Positions 39,979 to 49,078 of a stretch of DNA of 64,000 nucleotides are shown here, piece after piece. The notes under the pieces are model-generated. The model was not told the DNA's origin and did not search any database. It saw only the letters and a list, made by a program, of their open reading frames with translations. This stretch comes from Planctomycetota bacterium (lineage in GTDB: Bacteria; Planctomycetota; Brocadiia; JAADGH01). The position numbers and the translations under genes were made by a program. The stretch lies in contig JBFMAD010000006.1 of the NCBI GenBank assembly GCA_040755855.1, forward strand, positions 128,001-192,000, read 5' to 3'. How positions within the stretch are numbered: the stretch's first letter is position 1; each line of letters starts with the position of its first letter.

Positions 39979-41007
39979 TCAGCCCATTCCCGCTCGTGCA
40001 GCCAATCCCACGGCCACGGCAAGCCGTGAGCAATTCTTCTTTACCTCGTCCACATTGACGTGCTCCAGCGAAAACTGAAGACGCTCGGTGGGATCCCATC
40101 GCTGGGTCTTCACGTCGAAAATCCTCTCGAGAAAACGTTCAAGCCCCGGGAGTTGACAGCCGCCGCCGGACACATAGGCCTCGTCCACGGGCCTGTCGAA
40201 CTGGCTCTCGTAGTAGTCGAAGGAGAGACGCACCTCATTGCCCAGATCGTCGAGCGCGGTGGCTATCAGTTCGATGACCTCGTCCACCTTGTCGCCGGGG
40301 TTTTCAAAGAGGGCGTCCACCTCCGCATCGCTCAGGTTCATCCCCTTGCCCACCGCTTCCAGGAACTCGTTCCCGGCGATGTAAATCTCGCGGGCGAACT
40401 GTGATACGTTTCCCCGCATGATATTGATGCTTGTCTTGTTCGCGCCGATGTCTACCAGGGCGTGAACCTTATCGGGGGGCAGGGCCCCGGGGCCCATGAG
40501 TTTATTCAGTTCGAAAGCGTTGCCGATGGCGAATATATCCACATCTATAATTGCGGGTGTCAGCCCCGCCGATGTGATCAGCGCCACATGCTCATCTATC
40601 TCGCTTCGTTTGACGGCAACGAGGATTACCTTCATCTCCTTGGATTCCGGCAGGCGCTGGACAAGTTGGTAGTCGAGGACCACCTTGTCTGCCTCAAAGG
40701 GAATGTACTTGTCGGCCTCGAACCGAATGCGATTGGCCAGCTCGTGGTCGGGCATATCTTCGAGGGTAAGGTATCGGTTAATCACGGAACGCCCCGATAC
40801 GCTGGAGGCTACCAGGCCCGAAAAATGGCGCTGCTGAGCGAGTTGGCGCAGGGCGTTGGCGCGCTCCTCCGGCGCCGCGATACGCGCCTCCCCATACCCG
40901 GTCACAACCAAGGCGCCGGCCCTTGACGTAACCTCGATGGCCTTGATCGAGTGGCTCCCGATATCCAAGCCAATCATACTACGGGTTTTGCCGAAAAGGG
41001 ATAACAT
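39979..41007 (-). CDS. pilM: Type IV pilus protein PilM
   Basis: IGLDIGSHSIK, YIPF, VDIGA, SGGG, AVGLAAR. Confidence 0.93.
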   Translation of the reverse strand: MLSLFGKTRSMIGLDIGSHSIKAIEVTSRAGALVVTGYGEARIAAPEERANALRQLAQQRHFSGLVASSVSGRSVINRYLTLEDMPDHELANRIRFEADKYIPFEADKVVLDYQLVQRLPESKEMKVILVAVKRSEIDEHVALITSAGLTPAIIDVDIFAIGNAFELNKLMGPGALPPDKVHALVDIGANKTSINIMRGNVSQFAREIYIAGNEFLEAVGKGMNLSDAEVDALFENPGDKVDEVIELIATALDDLGNEVRLSFDYYESQFDRPVDEAYVSGGGCQLPGLERFLERIFDVKTQRWDPTERLQFSLEHVNVDEVKKNCSRLAVAVGLAARAGMG

Positions 41008-41148
41008 AAAGCAGCTCCTTGGCTGTTCACCAAGCTGCCGTCAGAACGAGATCGGGAAACCAATCCTCGTCCTGCCAGCATCCGACCCCACGCCCCCAAA
41101 GGTTATCGTACCGACATCCATAAGTCAAGACTATTTCTGGACTTGTCC

Positions 41149-41186
41149 AAAAAAAACCCGTTCGGTTTAAATGCCTCCGAACGGGC
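41149..41186 (-). terminator. Riboswitch-associated intrinsic terminator
   Basis: CCCGTTCGG-N11-CCGAACGGG followed by T8. Confidence 0.85.
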
Positions 41187-41204
41187 CGCTCCTCTTGCTT
41201 CTCC

Positions 41205-41352
41205 TTTCGGCAACCTGTCAACCATGCCGGCCCTTTGAACCCACAACCCCCTGTATTCCAAGGCATTGCGCCAGGCGCGGCTTCTCCGCGCCCAAGGTCG
41301 GTTTAGGTCAGTGGCTTTGCGTCCTGTCCTTTCGAACAGTTTGCCCGTTCGT
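41205..41352 (-). promoter_or_regulatory. Cyclic di-GMP-I (GEMM) riboswitch
   Basis: GGGCAAAC..GAAA..GGACGCAAAGCC..CCTAAA...ATGGT..GGTTGCCGAA matches the GEMM-I consensus. Confidence 0.85.
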
Positions 41353-41443
41353 GGAGTTTCTCATTATTAACAGTACTTCCTGACCTCGTTTCCCAATGAT
41401 GAGCAGACAAGATGCGATCGAGTGACATGGCAAATGTAAACAC

Positions 41444-41472
41444 ATTATACAACACAGAATCTGATTTGTCAA
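41444..41472 (-). promoter_or_regulatory. Consensus sigma70 promoter
   Basis: TTGACA-N17-TATAAT. Confidence 0.8.
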
Positions 41473-41507
41473 GTTTTCCTGATGAGCAATTCTGCGCCGA
41501 ATTACCC

Positions 41508-43247
41508 TCACATTTCGTGCTCCGGAAAGACACGGCGGGCCTCCTCCCGGAGAAACCGGAGGATTTCCCTGGCCTCGGTGATCGCAAGGGCCTTTTGGGC
41601 GATGGCCTTGGCTTCTTCATGGGTGATGGAACGAATCACCTTCTTCAGATCAGGGATCATGGCCGGCGTCACACTGAACTCGGTAAGTCCCATACCCACC
41701 AGAAGGATGATATAGTCAATTTCACCCCCCATTTCGCCGCAAATCGCCACCGGTATATCGTGGCGCTCGCCGGCGTCAATCACGTGCTGGATCAGTCGCA
41801 ATACGGCGGGGTGGCCGGGCGAGTAGAGCTGGGCCACGGTTTGGTTGTTTCGGTCCACCGCCAGGGTGTACTGGATGAGGTCGTTCGTCCCGATGCTGAA
41901 GAAGTCGGTCTCCTTGGCGAGGGCGTCTGCGGTGAGCGCCGCGGAAGGCACCTCGATCATGATGCCGACTTTGATCTTTTCATTGAAGGCGATCCCGTCG
42001 GTGCGCATCTCGGTCATCACATCCTGCAACACCGCTTTGGCCTCGCGCATCTCTTCCAGCGAGGTGACCAGAGGAAACATCAGAGAGACATCCCCCAGCA
42101 CCGACGCCCTGAGAATGGCCGACAATTGACATCGGAACATCTCCATGTGCCGCAGGCAGAAGCGGAGCGACCGACAGCCGAGGAAGGGGTTTTTTTCCTG
42201 CATGCCCGACCAAAGTTTGTCCGCCCCCAGGTCCACAGTCCGGATGATGGCGGGCCGCCCGCCGAGTTCCTTGATGGTCTGGGCATATGCCTCGTATTGC
42301 TCTCGCTCGGTCGGGGGCTTTTTCGCCCCGACGTAGAGGAATTCGGTCCGGTAAAGCCCGATTCCCTCGGCCCCCAACTCGACGGCCATCTTGACCTCGG
42401 ATGGAAATTCGATATTGGCAAGGAGCGTGACGCGCCGACCATCCAACGTCTCGGCCGGCAGGTTGTGAAGCTCCTCGGCAAGTCGGGTCTCAAACAGATG
42501 GATGCTGCGGCCCCTCTCCTCATAGCGCTTGATGGTCTCCGTGTCAGGCTCGATCACCACAGCGCCCTGGTGTCCGTCAATGATGACGGTATCTCCCCCG
42601 GACACCTCGTTTGCCACGGTGCCCAGTCCGACCACGGCGGGGATTTTCAAGGCGCGCGCGACGATCGCGGAGTGGGACGTCTTCCCGCCCGCGTTGGTGG
42701 CAAAGCCGAGAATTTTCTTCGGGTCGAATGAGGCCGTCTGCGACGGCGTCAGATCATGGGCGATGACTATAACCGGCTCATCGAGATGGCTCAGGTCTTC
42801 CTGCTTCTGCCCCAGCAGGGCGCGCAGGAGGCGGTGTTCGACATCGTCAATATCCGTCACGCGCTGGGCCAGGTAATCATCCTTCGCCTCACGAAGAAAC
42901 AGCCGATGGTAGGTTCGGAGGGTTCTCGCCACGGCATGTTCCGGGGTGCACAAACGGTCGGCGATGAGTTCGCAAATCTGAACCTTGAGCCGCTCGTCCT
43001 GGAGGATGCGCTTGTGGACGCCGAAGATCTCCTGATAGTCCGGCCCGATTTTTTCGGCGACGGCGATTTCGGTCTCTTCAATCTCCCTGCGGGCCGAGTC
43101 GAGGGCCTTTTGGAAGCGATCAAGTTCGTGCTGGATTTCGTCGTGGTCAATGTAGCGGCGGCGGATGCGCACGCCTTCCGAGTCGAGGACAAAGGCGCGG
43201 CCGATGGCCACCCCCGGCGACGCCGCAACTCCCTCCATTTTCAGCAT
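41508..43247 (-). CDS. ptsI: PTS enzyme I
   Basis: GGKTSHSAI, GLYRTEF, NPFLGCR, SIGTNDLIQY, CGEMG. Confidence 0.96.
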   Translation of the reverse strand: MLKMEGVAASPGVAIGRAFVLDSEGVRIRRRYIDHDEIQHELDRFQKALDSARREIEETEIAVAEKIGPDYQEIFGVHKRILQDERLKVQICELIADRLCTPEHAVARTLRTYHRLFLREAKDDYLAQRVTDIDDVEHRLLRALLGQKQEDLSHLDEPVIVIAHDLTPSQTASFDPKKILGFATNAGGKTSHSAIVARALKIPAVVGLGTVANEVSGGDTVIIDGHQGAVVIEPDTETIKRYEERGRSIHLFETRLAEELHNLPAETLDGRRVTLLANIEFPSEVKMAVELGAEGIGLYRTEFLYVGAKKPPTEREQYEAYAQTIKELGGRPAIIRTVDLGADKLWSGMQEKNPFLGCRSLRFCLRHMEMFRCQLSAILRASVLGDVSLMFPLVTSLEEMREAKAVLQDVMTEMRTDGIAFNEKIKVGIMIEVPSAALTADALAKETDFFSIGTNDLIQYTLAVDRNNQTVAQLYSPGHPAVLRLIQHVIDAGERHDIPVAICGEMGGEIDYIILLVGMGLTEFSVTPAMIPDLKKVIRSITHEEAKAIAQKALAITEAREILRFLREEARRVFPEHEM

Positions 43248-43253
43248 GAGCGC

Positions 43254-43565
43254 TCACTCCTCGTCGAACTTGCCTTCAACCAGGTTGACCAAGGAGTAAA
43301 TGGCGTCTCTGGCATCGGCACCTGTGGCGCACAGCACGATGGGTGTGCCCGTCGTGGCAGCGAGTGTCATGACCTCCATGATGCTCTTCCCATCCACTTC
43401 CTTTTGTCCCTTGCGTATGCGGATGTCGGCGCTGAAGCGATTGGCGACATCCACAAGCCGACCGGCCGCGCGGAGGTGAAGACCGAGTTTGTTCGTAATC
43501 ATCACCTCGCGTTCAATTGACGAGGAGGATAGGTCTTTCGGGTTTGTGGGGTTCGCCATCGTCAT
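43254..43565 (-). CDS. ptsH: HPr phosphocarrier
   Basis: GLHLRAA, DGKSIM. Confidence 0.92.
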   Translation of the reverse strand: MTMANPTNPKDLSSSSIEREVMITNKLGLHLRAAGRLVDVANRFSADIRIRKGQKEVDGKSIMEVMTLAATTGTPIVLCATGADARDAIYSLVNLVEGKFDEE

Positions 43566-43574
43566 GCTGTGGGG

Positions 43575-44045
43575 TCAGTCGGATTTCTGGTCCGCCTCGC
43601 GCAGAAGGTCCACAATTTCCTTCCCCTTTTCCGCCGTCAGGAGAAAGCGACAAAAGTCGCTGTCGTTCAGCAACGAAAAGATATATTCCAACGCCTTGAT
43701 GTGCGGCCCTGTCGAATCCGGCGGCGACACCAGGAGAAAGATGATGTGAACCGGCTTTCCATCCAGGGCGCTGAACTCCACTCCATCGAGAGATCGGCCT
43801 ATCGTCCCCCTCAGCTTGTCCACGCAGGGGTGCTTGCTGTGGGGCACGGCCACGCCCTTTCCGATCCCCGTGCTGCCGATTTCCTCCCGCTTCATGATCG
43901 TCCGAACGAGTCCATCCACATCCCCCTCTGCAATCGCCCCCGCCTCGGCCATGGCGGCGACGAGCTCACGAATGGCGCCCCGCTTGTCCACCGCCTTTAG
44001 GTCTGGGCAAATCGCTTTCTCGACGATGAAGTCCTTCAGTTTCAT
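43575..44045 (-). CDS. ptsN: PTS IIA (Ntr/fructose type)
   Basis: REEIGSTGIGKGVAVPH. Confidence 0.85.
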   Translation of the reverse strand: MKLKDFIVEKAICPDLKAVDKRGAIRELVAAMAEAGAIAEGDVDGLVRTIMKREEIGSTGIGKGVAVPHSKHPCVDKLRGTIGRSLDGVEFSALDGKPVHIIFLLVSPPDSTGPHIKALEYIFSLLNDSDFCRFLLTAEKGKEIVDLLREADQKSD

Positions 44046-44062
44046 TCGTTCTCCCGCAGAGC

Positions 44063-44374
44063 TTAACCTCGTTTGGAAGCAACGCGTCGGTCTTTCCGCC
44101 GCTCCTTATGTTTTTTCAACTGCCGTTCCAGTTTTGCGGCTGCGAGATCCAGCGCGGCATACATATCCGGCGCATCCACTTCCGTGATTAGCGTGCTTCC
44201 CTTGCCGACGTGAACGACGGCCTCCGCCGTGTGGCGCGTCCCCTCCACCCAGATCGCGAGTTTGACGTGATCTATCTTGAGGGAGAGCCTATCCAGTTTC
44301 TGGAACCGCGCCAAGGCGTGTTCCCGAATCCCGTCCGTGACATCCATATGCCGCCCGGAAATCGTGATTTTCAA
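44063..44374 (-). CDS. hpf: Ribosome hibernation promoting factor
   Basis: ITISGRHMDVT, DMYAALD, KLERQLKKHKE; probable TTG start. Confidence 0.9.
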   Translation of the reverse strand: MKITISGRHMDVTDGIREHALARFQKLDRLSLKIDHVKLAIWVEGTRHTAEAVVHVGKGSTLITEVDAPDMYAALDLAAAKLERQLKKHKERRKDRRVASKRG

Positions 44375-44451
44375 GCGTAACCTCCCTGAATGGAACCCGC
44401 GGGCCTGCTTGTTAGGCTGGTTTCGGTTTCGCGCCCACACAGTAAAAGCCT

Positions 44452-44480
44452 ATGATACCATTTGACTCCCGTTGTGTCAA
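44452..44480 (-). promoter_or_regulatory. Sigma70 promoter for hpf-pts genes
   Basis: TTGACA-N17-TATCAT with extended TG. Confidence 0.65.
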
Positions 44481-44562
44481 TTTCATTTCTTTTTAATCCT
44501 ATCGGGGAAATTCAGATGGGCGTCCAAACAAAATCGTATCCGAAAAGATCTGTGGCGGCCAA

Positions 44563-45906
44563 TCAAGACGTCAAGCCGGACTCGACAGCCTCGACGCGTT
44601 GCTTGAAAGCGGGGTCGTTCCCAATCAGATCCGCGATTTTTCTTGATGCGCTCAAGACTGTGGTATGGTTCTTGGCGAAGAAACCGCCAATCTCCTTCAG
44701 GGATAACCGCGTGTGCCACCGCGCCAGATACATACAAACTTGCCGCGCGAGCGAGATTGGGCGCGTCCGCCGCTTTGAACGCAGATCTTCCTGGGACACG
44801 CCGTAATGTCTGCACACCGCCGCCTCGATTTTCTCGAGAGTGATCTCTCGCTTCTCCTGTCGTTTGACGGCGCCGAGCACCTCTCGGGCCATGTCAAGCG
44901 AGATGCTGGTCTTGTTGAGGCCAGCGTAGGCCACGAGCGTCGTCAGCGCCCCCTCAAGCTGGCGCACGTTTCCAGGGCAGCGCTCTGCAACATATTCCAG
45001 CACGTCGGGACGGATTCGTTTTCCCAGGCGGGCCGCCTTCACCTTCAGAATCCGCACGCGCGTCTCCGGCCCCGGCGGATCCAGCCGAACGACAAGCCCC
45101 GAAACAAACCGGCTTCTCAACTTTGCCTTGATCTTCTGGATGTCGTTGGGGTGGGCGTCGCTGGCCATAACCACCTGCTTATCCGTGGCGTCCAGCGCGT
45201 TGTAGGTGTGAAGAAACTCCTCCTGGAACCCCATCTTGCTTTCGAGGAAATGCACGTCGTCAATCAGCAGCACATCGGCGGTGCGATAGGTATGGCGAAA
45301 GGCATCGAGCTGGTGGTTGCGGAGCGCCACGACATATTCGTTGGTGAAATTCTCAGCTGAAACATAGAGCACTCTTCGGGTTCCCTTTCGGGCGCGATAC
45401 TCATGCCATATGCCTTGAAGGATGTGCGACTTGCCGAGGCCAACGCCCCCGTAGAGGAAGAGGGGATTAAAGAGCGTGTGGCCTGCCTCGATCACCTTCA
45501 TAGCCGCCGCATGGGCAAACTCGTTACATGGACCGACGACAAAATTCGTCAGGCGGAAATCCGGGCGGATGCCCGGGGCGCGACCGGCTTCCGGCGTCTT
45601 CCGCCCCAGGCTGCCTATGTCCTCTCGTTGTTTTGCGCGCAAGTCGGCGAAGAGATGACCGACCACCGGGAACTTGACCGCAGGACAGGTGGACGTCAGA
45701 CGGGCGACGGCCTGAGCAATCGTAGCGGCGTAGTGTTTTTCCATCCATGCGGAGATGAATAGACTCGGCACCCCCACCTCAACGAGGTTATCGGACAGGC
45801 TGACGATCTCCGTGTTTCTGAACCACAGGTTGAATCGTTCCGCGTCAACTTGTTGTTCGATCGTATGAAGAACCTTCGTCCAGATATCTTGCGCGGCGGT
45901 CTTCAC
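44563..45906 (-). CDS. dnaA: Replication initiator DnaA
   Basis: NFVVGPCN, NPLFLYGGVGLGKSH, LLIDDVH, NVRQLEGAL, ARQVCMYL, NHTTV. Confidence 0.93.
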   Translation of the reverse strand: MKTAAQDIWTKVLHTIEQQVDAERFNLWFRNTEIVSLSDNLVEVGVPSLFISAWMEKHYAATIAQAVARLTSTCPAVKFPVVGHLFADLRAKQREDIGSLGRKTPEAGRAPGIRPDFRLTNFVVGPCNEFAHAAAMKVIEAGHTLFNPLFLYGGVGLGKSHILQGIWHEYRARKGTRRVLYVSAENFTNEYVVALRNHQLDAFRHTYRTADVLLIDDVHFLESKMGFQEEFLHTYNALDATDKQVVMASDAHPNDIQKIKAKLRSRFVSGLVVRLDPPGPETRVRILKVKAARLGKRIRPDVLEYVAERCPGNVRQLEGALTTLVAYAGLNKTSISLDMAREVLGAVKRQEKREITLEKIEAAVCRHYGVSQEDLRSKRRTRPISLARQVCMYLARWHTRLSLKEIGGFFAKNHTTVLSASRKIADLIGNDPAFKQRVEAVESGLTS

Positions 45907-46015
45907 AGTTTATCTCTGCCTCAACGATGTACAGCACGCTTCCGAGGAAGCGGCCGATTCAGCGTTGGCTTTTATGTCAGACGAACAGTCAGGGAAACAA
46001 CAGATGAGCGCGAGA

Positions 46016-46045
46016 ATTGTAGCAGGTAGTTTTTCGGTGTGTCAA
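46016..46045 (-). promoter_or_regulatory. Sigma70 promoter of dnaA
   Basis: TTGACA-N18-TACAAT with extended TG. Confidence 0.55.
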
Positions 46046-46127
46046 ATAGAAAAATTTTTTGAGTGATAACGTCTTGGTTCAGAAGACGTTGCCGAAGATT
46101 CACAATAGCCAATAATACGAATTTATC

Positions 46128-46174
46128 AAAAAAAATAAAACGGGGCGCCGAACAAAACCTGCTCGGCGCCCCGT
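46128..46174 (-). terminator. Intrinsic terminator after corrinoid gene
   Basis: ACGGGGCGCCGA...TCGGCGCCCCGT followed by a T-rich tail. Confidence 0.85.
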
Positions 46175-46210
46175 CAAACCCTCTCGTCCAAGAATCGGAT
46201 TTGTAATGGC

Positions 46211-46843
46211 TTACGCCGCGCCAATCAATTCCTTCGCCTTGTCCACGGCGCTCGCGGCGTCAGGTGCATAGCCGTGCGCGCGGATCTCGTCCGCATATTT
46301 TTGCGTGACCGGCGCCCCGCCGATCATCACCTTCGTCTTCTCGCAGCCCGCTTCCTTCAGGGCCTTGATCACCGATTCCATCTGCGGCATGGTCGTCGTC
46401 AGCAGGGCCGACAGGCAGACCAACTTGCAGCCGCCCTTGGCCTCCGTCACAAACTTTTCCGGGTCCACATCTATACCCAGATCAACGACCTTGAACCCGC
46501 CGCCCTTCAGCATCATGGCCACGAGGTTCTTCCCGATGTCGTGCAGGTCGCCCTTCACTGTCCCAATCGCAACCTTGGCAACAGGCTCGATGCCCGCGGC
46601 CGCAAGCTTCGGCTCCAGGATCGCCATCGCGGCGTTCATTGCACGGGCCGCAATCAGGACCTCCGGGACATAGAATTCATTGTTCTTGAACTTCTCGCCC
46701 ACCACCTGCATGCCGGCGATCAGGCCATTGTTCAGGATCTGATCTACGGGCGTCCCACTCTTCAGGGCCTCTTTCACAAGCTTTTCCGCATCATCTTTCT
46801 TGCCGCGGATGATGCTTTCGGACAGCGCCTTCAAGTCTGCCAT
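46211..46843 (-). CDS. Corrinoid (B12-binding) methyltransferase protein
   Basis: GDLHDIGKNLV, SALLTTTM, GGAP. Confidence 0.93.
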   Translation of the reverse strand: MADLKALSESIIRGKKDDAEKLVKEALKSGTPVDQILNNGLIAGMQVVGEKFKNNEFYVPEVLIAARAMNAAMAILEPKLAAAGIEPVAKVAIGTVKGDLHDIGKNLVAMMLKGGGFKVVDLGIDVDPEKFVTEAKGGCKLVCLSALLTTTMPQMESVIKALKEAGCEKTKVMIGGAPVTQKYADEIRAHGYAPDAASAVDKAKELIGAA

Positions 46844-46961
46844 GGACCTTTCCTCCTTGCCAAGAAATGTTGCTCCGGTTCAGTTTTCTCAACAGAAACT
46901 CAGGCCAAATTTTATACGGCCTTTCCGCTCCTGTCAAACTTTTTTTGAAAAAAGAAACCGA

Positions 46962-47777
46962 CTATTTATCGGCCGGCTTCTCCTGCCCCGCCTTGGTCGG
47001 CGGACTCGTGGGGACCTTGGGCTGCACCGCGGGCTTCTCTCCTGTTTCCGGCGCCTTCTCCGCGGGCGTCGCAGCGCACTCCAGTCGCCCCAGTTCCTGT
47101 TGCGCCTCAGCGGCCGCTTCGGACTCGGGGGCCAGAGCCACGGCCCGTTTAAGGGCCTCTTTCGCCCCCTTCAGATCACCCCCTCCTTTCAAACAACGGC
47201 CCTCGTCCAGTTTGGATTGAGCAGCCATGGCATCCCCCCCCAGCCCGGCGGCATGGGCAAACTCCTTCGCCGCCTCGTCCCACTGCCCCTTTTCCTCCAG
47301 GGCGTACCCGATGGACCGCGTGGCGAGCTGGGCCAGCAGTCCGTCCTTCGTCTGGTTGCGCACCGCCTGGAACTGCTCGATCGCTTCGGTATAGTTGCCA
47401 TGCTCAAACAGAAGATTGCCCGCCTGGAGCGTTGCCAGCACCGCCGCCTCCGTGCCCGGAAGGGCGCGGGCAATCTCTCGATACCGCTCGATCAGCTCCT
47501 TCCGCGCCTCCTTCAGCATCTTCTTGTCCGCATCAGGACGGAATGTGGACAACCGGAGGGCGGACATGTCCTGATCGGCCTGGGACAGGCGAAGCCAAGC
47601 CTCGTTTCCGGCGCTGCGGACATTCACCACGTACCACCCAATGAATAGTCCCACGACTATGGCCAGCGTCACTCCGATAGCCACCGGCCGGAAATTTCCC
47701 TTCAGCCAGTCAATCCCGTGCGTGACCGCAGCCGATAGTTCATCTTCCTTGAGTTCATGTCGTCGTTCGCCCTTCAC
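46962..47777 (-). CDS. Membrane-anchored TPR protein (YfgM-like)
   Basis: ERRHELKEDEL, one TM helix, TPR helices. Confidence 0.75.
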   Translation of the reverse strand: MKGERRHELKEDELSAAVTHGIDWLKGNFRPVAIGVTLAIVVGLFIGWYVVNVRSAGNEAWLRLSQADQDMSALRLSTFRPDADKKMLKEARKELIERYREIARALPGTEAAVLATLQAGNLLFEHGNYTEAIEQFQAVRNQTKDGLLAQLATRSIGYALEEKGQWDEAAKEFAHAAGLGGDAMAAQSKLDEGRCLKGGGDLKGAKEALKRAVALAPESEAAAEAQQELGRLECAATPAEKAPETGEKPAVQPKVPTSPPTKAGQEKPADK

Positions 47778-47798
47778 GTCAGCGCGCTCCTCTTCTGT

Positions 47799-48206
47799 TT
47801 ATCGGTGCGACCTGACCCTCACCCGGATCTTGCCCTTTTTCCCAATGATCTCCACAGCACAATGCTCGGGTTGCTTCGCAAAATCGAGAAACAACGTATC
47901 GCCGAATGTGGATTCGCTTGTCTCCATCCAACCCAGTTGTTTCATATTATTCTTGTAGAAGTCCCTCACCTTCTCCCTATCCGATTTTCCCACATATTTC
48001 AGCAGGAACATCCGGTTAGGCGGCACATTGAACGAGTAGGCATCCTCTAACGCGAATCCCACCGGTGCAGGGACATCGGCGAACTCCTGCGCCACTGCCG
48101 GCACAAGCTCCCCATCCCGCCCGGCGCCTTGTCGGCCTGCGGTGCATCCGGCGAATGTCGCCAACGCCACAATACACACGGCCGCACTAAATCGGCAGGT
48201 TGACAC
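47799..48206 (-). CDS. Hypothetical lipoprotein
   Basis: FAGC lipobox; FADVPAP motif. Confidence 0.65.
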   Translation of the reverse strand: MSTCRFSAAVCIVALATFAGCTAGRQGAGRDGELVPAVAQEFADVPAPVGFALEDAYSFNVPPNRMFLLKYVGKSDREKVRDFYKNNMKQLGWMETSESTFGDTLFLDFAKQPEHCAVEIIGKKGKIRVRVRSHR

Positions 48207-48217
48207 AGTCGCCTCCG

Positions 48218-48856
48218 TTACTCGAAAAATCCCTCTGCCCTGACGAAAAGCCTCTTCGTATCGGCGACGCTCAGCCCGGCGCCGCGAGCAATCGTTTCCG
48301 CCATTACGCGCGCCACCAGATCGTCCGGGGTGTGCGTATCGGTCCCGAACACCAGGTCGGCCCCCACCTCCAGCGCCAGCTTCGCCACATGGCCGTTTGT
48401 CAGCGAATGACCGCGCCGGCCGGAGATCTCCAGGCAGACCCCGCGCTCCGCCGCCAGCGCCGCGTCCTCCTTGGTTATTAGGCCGGGGTGCGCCAGCACG
48501 TCCGCGCCCGCCTCAATGGCCGCCCGGTTCGTCCCCGCGATCACCGGTTCCACTATCGTCTCGCCGTGAGCCAGAACGACCTCCGCCCCGAGGTCGCGCA
48601 CCTGCCTCACCAGGTCGGCGTAATGTTCCGGGCGCACGTGCGTCAGCTCGGCCCCGGGCTTCAGTTTCATCTTGGTGGTCGCCCTCACATCATTGCAGAC
48701 CTTCACCAGCACGGGGATCACCTGCTCAGCGGTCCCCGTGTCCACATGATCCGCCACCACGAGGCATCGGTAACCCTTTGCCTCGCACCGGCGGATCAGC
48801 TCCGTCGGCAACAGAACGCCGTCCGACAGGACCGTATGCGTGTGAAGATCAATCAC
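48218..48856 (-). CDS. PHP-family (histidinol-phosphatase-like) hydrolase
   Basis: DLHTHT, SDG, ADH, AHGET, AHPG, TDTH; probable GTG start. Confidence 0.88.
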   Translation of the reverse strand: MIDLHTHTVLSDGVLLPTELIRRCEAKGYRCLVVADHVDTGTAEQVIPVLVKVCNDVRATTKMKLKPGAELTHVRPEHYADLVRQVRDLGAEVVLAHGETIVEPVIAGTNRAAIEAGADVLAHPGLITKEDAALAAERGVCLEISGRRGHSLTNGHVAKLALEVGADLVFGTDTHTPDDLVARVMAETIARGAGLSVADTKRLFVRAEGFFE

Positions 48857-49078
48857 CGATGGGCTCGCAATCTTGCTACGGCTTCTCCTCGCAGCGCATT
48901 CACGTTTGGGGTGCATACCATATCATGTTTGCCCAAAATCCGCAAGAAAAATCTCACGGCAGGCAACCGCAACCGAACAACCAAACAACAATTCTCTTGC
49001 ATCCTTGGCGGCGGTTCAGTGTAGAATGGCCCCGTGCTTGATCCCGATTCGCTGTTTATTTGATTTTGGAGCAACACA

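Noticed and set aside
45907..46210. oriC next to dnaA
   Set aside because: AT-rich but no convincing DnaA boxes; explained by a promoter and a terminator
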